DNA of 64,000 nucleotides from an uncultured bacterium (GTDB lineage Bacteria; Krumholzibacteriota; Krumholzibacteriia; LZORAL124-64-63): the NCBI GenBank assembly GCA_937864225.1, contig CALMJK010000016.1, positions 127,636-191,635 of the forward strand, in the 5' to 3' direction. Both the position numbers and the translations under genes were made by a program. This document shows positions 58,546 through 64,000 of this stretch, piece after piece. Within the stretch, counting starts at the first letter, position 1. Each line of letters opens with the position of its first letter. The notes under the pieces were generated by a model, which did not search any database, had not been told where the DNA came from, and saw only the letters and a list, made by a program, of their open reading frames with translations.

Positions 58546-59912
58546 CGACGGTGCCGGCTCGCCGCGCGGCCGTTCAGGTCGTGGGCGGCGGTCTGGCGGG
58601 CTGCGAGGCCGCCCTGCAGCTGGCGCGGTTTGGCCTGCCCGTCGTCTTGCACGAGATGCGGCCGGGCCGCACCACCCCGGCCCACCGCACCGGCGACCTG
58701 GCCGAGATCGTCTGCAGCAACAGCCTCAAGAGCCGCGAACTGGCCACCGCGTCCGGCCTGCTGAAGGCGGAGTTGGACCGCCTGGGCTGCCGACTGCTGG
58801 CGGCGGCGCGGGACGCCTCGGTCCCAGCGGGGGCCGCGCTCGCCGTCGATCCCGGGCTGTTCAGCCGGGCGGTGGCGGCGCGCGTCGCGGCCGAGCCCCT
58901 CATCACGGTCGCGCGCGATGAGGTGACCGCGCTGCCCGCCGACGACGGGACCACGTGGCTGTTGGCGAGCGGCCCGCTCACCTCGCCCGGCCTCGTGGCC
59001 CGGCTCGAGGAACTGAGCGGCGCGGCGGGTCTGCATTTCTTCGACGCGATCGCGCCCACGGTGACGCTCGACTCCCTCGATCTGACGCGGCTCTACCGCG
59101 CGGCGCGCTACGGCAAGGGCGAGGCCGACTACCTCAACTGCCCGCTCGACCGGCCGCAATACGAGGCGCTGCGCGAGGCCCTGGTGACGGCCGAGTGTGT
59201 CCCGACGCGCGACTTCGATCGCGCCGAGCTGTTCGCCGGCTGCTTGCCGGTGGAGGAGATCGCCCGCTCGGGGCCGCAGTCCTTGGCGTTCGGTCCGCTG
59301 CGTCCGGTGGGGCTGATCGATCCGCGGGACGGCCGCCGCCCGCACGCGGTCGTGCAATTGCGCCAGGAGAACCGCGCGGGCACGCTCTTCGGCCTGGTCG
59401 GCTTTCAGACCCGTCTCAAGCACGGCGAGCAGCAGCGGGTGCTGCGCCTGCTGCCAGGCCTGGAGCGCGCCGAGTTCGCGCGCTTCGGCCAGTGCCATCG
59501 CAACTTCTACCTCGACACGCCGCGCGTGCTGGACCGCGATTTCGCGCTGCGCGGCCACGGCCACGTGCGCTGCGCGGGTCAGATCACCGGCGTGGAGGGC
59601 TACGTGGAGTCGATCGCCTCGGGACTCGTGTCCGCCTGGCTGCTGGCCGGCCAGAGCCTCGGCGTGGAACTGCCGGACTGGCCGGCGCAGACCATGATCG
59701 GGTCGTTGCTGGGCGGTTTCCTGTTCGACACGACGAGTCCGCGGCTGGTCCCCATGAACGCGAATTTCGGCCTGCTGCCGCCGTTGCCGCAGGCCGTGCG
59801 GGGCCGCCGCGAGCGCAACCTCGCGCAGGCGCAGCGTTCGCTGGCGGCGCTCGACGCCTATCTGGCCGGGCCGGGCCCGCGCCGCCTGCTTGCCGCCGCG
59901 CGCGGCGGGTGA
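58542..59912 (+). CDS. trmFO: tRNA (uracil-5) methyltransferase TrmFO
   Basis: Motifs GGGLAGCEAA, EIVCSNS, FFDAIAP, YLNCP, FGPLRPVG and GQITGVEGYVES. Confidence 0.96.
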   Translation: MTTVPARRAAVQVVGGGLAGCEAALQLARFGLPVVLHEMRPGRTTPAHRTGDLAEIVCSNSLKSRELATASGLLKAELDRLGCRLLAAARDASVPAGAALAVDPGLFSRAVAARVAAEPLITVARDEVTALPADDGTTWLLASGPLTSPGLVARLEELSGAAGLHFFDAIAPTVTLDSLDLTRLYRAARYGKGEADYLNCPLDRPQYEALREALVTAECVPTRDFDRAELFAGCLPVEEIARSGPQSLAFGPLRPVGLIDPRDGRRPHAVVQLRQENRAGTLFGLVGFQTRLKHGEQQRVLRLLPGLERAEFARFGQCHRNFYLDTPRVLDRDFALRGHGHVRCAGQITGVEGYVESIASGLVSAWLLAGQSLGVELPDWPAQTMIGSLLGGFLFDTTSPRLVPMNANFGLLPPLPQAVRGRRERNLAQAQRSLAALDAYLAGPGPRRLLAAARGG

Positions 59913-59940
59913 TACATTCGCCGGCCCGGCGGGAGGCGGC

Positions 59941-60891
59941 ATGGAAGCGGATGTCCTGCGGGCTTTTCAGACCCATTTGCGCGTCGAAATGGGCGCCAGC
60001 CCGCGCACGGTCGAAGCGTACGGACGCGACGTCGCGGCCTTCCTCGCGCGCGCCCGTGCCGACGGGGTCCTGCGCGACGGGGGCGATGCCCGTTGGCGCG
60101 CCTTCGCCCAAGCGCGCACGCTGGTGCGCGATCATCTGGCGGACCTGCGCCAGGCCGGCCGGAGCCGGGCCACTGTGGCCAGGCAGTTGGCGGCGATCCG
60201 CGCGTTCTACCGCTGGCTGCGCCTGACCGCGCGCCTGGACGCGACGCCGGACACGCTGGCGCGCGGGTCCGGCGGGCGTTCGCGCCGGCTGCCCAGGGAT
60301 CTGACGGTGGCGCAGTTGGAAGCGCTGCTCGATCTACCGGCGCCCGACACGGCGCGGGGACGCCGGGATCGGGCCCTGCTGGAACTGCTGTACGGCCTGG
60401 GGCTGCGGCTGGCCGAGGTGGTCGCGCTCGATCTGCGGGACCTCGACTTCACGGGCGAGCGGGTGCGCGTGCTCGGCAAGGGCCGCAAGGAGCGGCTGCT
60501 GCCGCTGATCGGCCTGCCGGCCGAGGCGCTGGCGGGATATCTGGAGGCGCGGCTGGGCCCCGTGGCTTGGCTGGCGGCGCGCGAGGGGGCCCTGTCCGCC
60601 GCGGAGGCGCGCCAGCCGGTGTTCATGGGGCGCCCCGGCCGGCGGATCGGACGCCGCACGGTGCAGGCCATCGTGGCGCGCCACGCGCGGGCGCTGGGCG
60701 AGGCCACGGGGATTTCGCCCCACGTGCTGCGGCATTCCTTCGCCACGCACCTGCTCGACGGCGGCGTGGGCATTCGCGTCGTGCAGGAATTGCTCGGGCA
60801 CGCGCACCTGTCCACGACGCAGGTCTACACTCACCTGAGCCGGGAGCGCCTGCGCGAGGCGTTCCAAAAGGCGCACCCGCGGGCGCGCTGA
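59941..60891 (+). CDS. xerC: Tyrosine recombinase XerC
   Basis: Motifs RDRALLELLY, GKGRKER, HVLRHSFATH, LGH and TTQVY. In topA-trmFO-xerC-hslVU synteny. Confidence 0.9.
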   Translation: MEADVLRAFQTHLRVEMGASPRTVEAYGRDVAAFLARARADGVLRDGGDARWRAFAQARTLVRDHLADLRQAGRSRATVARQLAAIRAFYRWLRLTARLDATPDTLARGSGGRSRRLPRDLTVAQLEALLDLPAPDTARGRRDRALLELLYGLGLRLAEVVALDLRDLDFTGERVRVLGKGRKERLLPLIGLPAEALAGYLEARLGPVAWLAAREGALSAAEARQPVFMGRPGRRIGRRTVQAIVARHARALGEATGISPHVLRHSFATHLLDGGVGIRVVQELLGHAHLSTTQVYTHLSRERLREAFQKAHPRAR

Positions 60892-60917
60892 CAACGGCGC
60901 GAACGCCGGAGGGATCG

Positions 60918-61490
60918 ATGAGGCTGCGGGCGACGACCGTGGTGGCGGTGAGGCGAGCGGACAGCTGGGCCATCGGCAGCGACGGGCAGGTGACGCTGGG
61001 CGAGATGGCCGTCAAGCACGGCGCCGTCAAGGTGCGGCCGCTCGCGGGCGGCCAGGTCCTGGCGGGTTTCGCGGGCGGAGTGGCCGACGCGCTCAGCCTC
61101 TTCGAAAAATTCGAGGGGCATCTCGAGCGCTACCAGGGCCATTTGCGCCGCGCCGCGATCGAGCTGGCCCGCGAGTGGCGTCGCGACCGGGTGCTGCGGC
61201 GTCTGGACGCGCTGCTGTTGGTGGTGGGACCCGATGCGTTGCTGACCGTCTCCGGGGCGGGCGACGTGATCGAAGCCGACGGCGAAGCGGCCGCGATCGG
61301 CAGCGGCGGGGGCTACGCGCTGGCCGCGGCGCGCGCCCTCTGCGCGCGCACCGCGCTGACCGCCGCGGAAATCTGCCGCGACGCCCTGCACCTGGCGGGC
61401 GAGCTTTGCATCTACAGCAACGACCACATCACCGTCCTGACGGGCGGCGCGAAGGAAGCCAATGACGGCGGAGAATCCCTTCCCGCGTGA
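60918..61490 (+). CDS. hslV: HslV protease subunit
   Basis: Motifs ATTVVAV, DGQVTLG, GFAGG, AIGSGG and LCIYSN. Confidence 0.95.
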   Translation: MRLRATTVVAVRRADSWAIGSDGQVTLGEMAVKHGAVKVRPLAGGQVLAGFAGGVADALSLFEKFEGHLERYQGHLRRAAIELAREWRRDRVLRRLDALLLVVGPDALLTVSGAGDVIEADGEAAAIGSGGGYALAAARALCARTALTAAEICRDALHLAGELCIYSNDHITVLTGGAKEANDGGESLPA

Positions 61491-62817
61491 AGGCCTGGAC
61501 TGGACGTGCCGGGCGATCGTGGCCCAACTCGATCGCTGGGTCATCGGCCAGGATCCCGCCAAGCGCGCCGTGGCCATCGCGCTGCGCAATCGCTGGCGCC
61601 GGCTGCGCCTGGATCCGGCGCTGCGCGCCGAGGTGGTGCCCAACAACATCCTGATGATCGGCCCGACGGGCGTCGGCAAGACCGAGATCGCGCGCCGGCT
61701 GGCCACCCTGGCCGGCCTGCCCTTCGTGAAGGTCGAGGCCACGAAATTCACGGAGAAGGGTTACGTGGGGCGCGACGTCGATTCGATGGTGCGCGACCTG
61801 GTCGACGACGCGGTGGCGCTGCTGCGCCGCGCGCGGCAGGAGCAGCTGCAAGCCGAGATCGACGCCGCCGTCGAGGAGCAGCTGATCGACCTGCTGTTCC
61901 CGCCGCTGGCCGGAAGCGACCCGGAGCGCGCGCAGCGCTGGGAGCGCAGCCGCGAGAAGATCCGCGCGCAGCTGCGCGAGGGGGTCTTCGACGAGCGCGA
62001 AGTCACGATCGCGACCGAGACGCAAGCGCTGGCCCTGGGCAACGTCATGGGTGCCGGGGAGGAGCTGGAGGCGACGCTGGGGGAGGCTCTGCGCCAGATG
62101 ATGCCGCGCCGCCGGCGCGAACTGACCCTGCCGGTGGCGCAGGCGCGCCGCGTCCTGCGCGAACAGGAGCTCGACCGGCGCGTGGATCACGAGCGCCTGG
62201 GCCGCGAGGGCGTGGAGTTGGCCGAGCAGGGCGGCATCATCTTTCTGGACGAGATCGACAAGATCGCGACGCGGGGCGAGCGGGGCGGCGGCCCCGACGT
62301 CAGCCGGGAAGGCGTGCAGCGCGACCTGCTGCCCGTGGTGGAGGGCAGCAGCGTCAACACGCGCTACGGACCGGTGCGCACGGACCACGTGCTGTTCATC
62401 GCCGCGGGCGCCTTCCACATGAGCAAGCCGAGCGATCTGATTCCCGAGCTGCAGGGTCGGTTCCCGGTGCGCGTCGAACTGGAAAGCCTCGGCGAGGCCG
62501 ATTTCGTGCGCATCCTGGGCGAGACCGATGCCTCGCTCATCAAGCAGTACGCGTCGCTGCTGGCCGTGGACGGCTGCGCGCTGGAATTCAGCGCGGACGC
62601 GGTCGCGGAAGTGGCCGGCGCCGCCGCCGAATTGAACCGGCGGCTCGAGAACATCGGCGCCCGCCGGCTGCAGACGGTCATGGCCCAGGTGCTCGACGAA
62701 CTGCTGTTCACGGCGCCCGAAGGCGCGGCGGGAACCTTCGTCGTGGACCGCGGGTACGTGCAAGAACGATTGGGCGACATCATGCGCGACGAAGATCTCA
62801 GCCGTTACATCCTGTAG
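61462..62817 (+). CDS. hslU: HslU ATPase subunit
   Basis: Motifs GPTGVGKTEIARR, GYVG, DEIDK and ELQGRFP. C-terminal DLSRYIL. Confidence 0.97.
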   Translation: MTAENPFPREGLDWTCRAIVAQLDRWVIGQDPAKRAVAIALRNRWRRLRLDPALRAEVVPNNILMIGPTGVGKTEIARRLATLAGLPFVKVEATKFTEKGYVGRDVDSMVRDLVDDAVALLRRARQEQLQAEIDAAVEEQLIDLLFPPLAGSDPERAQRWERSREKIRAQLREGVFDEREVTIATETQALALGNVMGAGEELEATLGEALRQMMPRRRRELTLPVAQARRVLREQELDRRVDHERLGREGVELAEQGGIIFLDEIDKIATRGERGGGPDVSREGVQRDLLPVVEGSSVNTRYGPVRTDHVLFIAAGAFHMSKPSDLIPELQGRFPVRVELESLGEADFVRILGETDASLIKQYASLLAVDGCALEFSADAVAEVAGAAAELNRRLENIGARRLQTVMAQVLDELLFTAPEGAAGTFVVDRGYVQERLGDIMRDEDLSRYIL

Positions 62818-62856
62818 CGGCGGCGTGTCGCGCGCAGCGTTCCCTGAGGAGGGGGC

Positions 62857-63777
62857 ATGGCACTGAAGAACGGGAAGGATTTCCTCAGCATCGAGCAGCA
62901 CACGACGGAAGACCTGCGCCGCATCCTCGACCTGGCCAAGGCGCAAAAACCCCTGGCGCGCGCGCACAAGCTGCCGCCGTCGCATCCGGGCCGCGTGCTG
63001 GCGTGTGTCTTCGCCAAGCCCAGCCTGCGCACCCGCGTCAGTTTCGAGGTGGCCATCCGCCAGCTGGGCGGCACCTCGCTGTACATCACGGATCAGGAAA
63101 TCGGGCTGGGCAAGCGCGAATCGGTGCACGACGTGGCCAAGGTGCTGTCGCGTTTCGTCGACGGCATCATGATCCGCACCTTCAAGCAGGCGGACGTGGA
63201 CGGGCTAGCCCGGCACGCCACGGTGCCCGTCGTGAACGGGTTGACCGACCTGCTGCATCCCTGCCAGGTGATGGGCGACATCCTGACCATCGAGGAGCAC
63301 CTCGGCAGCGTCGAGAACAAGACCGTCGTCATGGTCGGCGACGGTAACAACCTGGCCAACAGCTGGCTCACGGCGGCCATGCGCTTCCCGTTCACGTTCG
63401 TGCTGGCTTGCCCCCGGGGCTACGAGCCGGACGAGCGGATCCTGCAAGAGGCCGATCGCGCGGGCGCGTCGTACGTGATCACGAACGATCCGCGCGAGGC
63501 CATGCAGGGCGCGCACGTCATCTACGGCGACGTCTGGACCAGCATGGGCCAGGAGGCGGAGGGCCAGAAACGGCTGCGCGATTTCACGGGCTTCCAGATC
63601 AACGACGACCTGTTGGCGGACGTCGACCCGTCGTGCATCGTGCTGCACTGCCTGCCGGCGCACCGCGGCGAGGAGATCACCGATGCCGTCATGGACGGCC
63701 CGCGTTCGGCGGTGTTCGATCAGGCCGAGAACCGCCTGCACGCGCAGCGGGCCATCCTGGCCCTGCTGATGGCGTAG
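62857..63777 (+). CDS. argF: Ornithine carbamoyltransferase
   Basis: Motifs SLRT, HPCQ, GDGNN, SMG and HCLP. Confidence 0.96.
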   Translation: MALKNGKDFLSIEQHTTEDLRRILDLAKAQKPLARAHKLPPSHPGRVLACVFAKPSLRTRVSFEVAIRQLGGTSLYITDQEIGLGKRESVHDVAKVLSRFVDGIMIRTFKQADVDGLARHATVPVVNGLTDLLHPCQVMGDILTIEEHLGSVENKTVVMVGDGNNLANSWLTAAMRFPFTFVLACPRGYEPDERILQEADRAGASYVITNDPREAMQGAHVIYGDVWTSMGQEAEGQKRLRDFTGFQINDDLLADVDPSCIVLHCLPAHRGEEITDAVMDGPRSAVFDQAENRLHAQRAILALLMA

Positions 63778-63780
63778 GCG

Positions 63781-64000
63781 ATGGCGGCCGGCGCGGCACG
63801 GCCGGGCACGAGGGCAGGCTCGCTGGCGGCGAGCCTGGCCCTGGCGCTCGCCGCGGGGTGCGCCAGCGTGGAGCCGCCGCCCGGCGGTCCCGAGGACCGC
63901 ACGCCGCCCCGGCTCGCGTCCGCCTGGCCGGAGTCCGGAACGGTCGGGTTGGGCGAGGTGCGGGAGCTGCTCTTCTCGTTCTCGGAGAAGGTGGAGCCGC
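63781..64000 (+). CDS. Ig-like domain lipoprotein, 3'-partial
   Basis: Translated by hand as LAAGCASVEPPPGGPEDRTPPRL...P...FSFSEKV (lipobox plus PxGGPxDxxPP motif). Confidence 0.75.
   Translation, partial: MAAGAARPGTRAGSLAASLALALAAGCASVEPPPGGPEDRTPPRLASAWPESGTVGLGEVRELLFSFSEKVEP

Noticed and set aside
59941-60891. Tyrosine recombinase as a mobile-element integrase
   Set aside because: It sits in the housekeeping topA-trmFO-xerC-hslVU order, with no att repeats or cargo genes.

Overview
High-GC bacterial chromosomal window with no integrase, IS, prophage or CRISPR array. SecA, PorV-like, GlmU-like and FlgD/CTD-bearing proteins suggest an FCB-group lineage outside classical Bacteroidota (inference). 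It contains housekeeping genes (cpoB, fbp, pruA, two tRNAs, pit, purC/purH/guaA, secA, topA, trmFO, xerC, hslVU, argF), a compact bacterial microcompartment operon (BMC-H, three BMC-P, BMC-T, aldehyde dehydrogenase, no signature enzyme) and a roughly 20 kb flagellar-derived region. That region is the main finding. It keeps canonical flagellar gene order and intact torque-generating parts (FliG, MotA, MotB, FliL, FliM, FliN, FlbD, a MotE/FlbB-like protein) and regulators (FliA, FlgM-like, FliW, CsrA, three sigma54 activators). Every export gene and rod/hook gene expected in that order is missing (flgBC, fliHIJ, fliK, flgD, fliOPQR, flhBA), as is flhG. FliF lacks RBM1/RBM2 in frame, and FliE and FlgE survive only as C-terminal stubs. 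This looks like a candidate export-less, filament-less rotary motor, but the rest of the genome must be checked.
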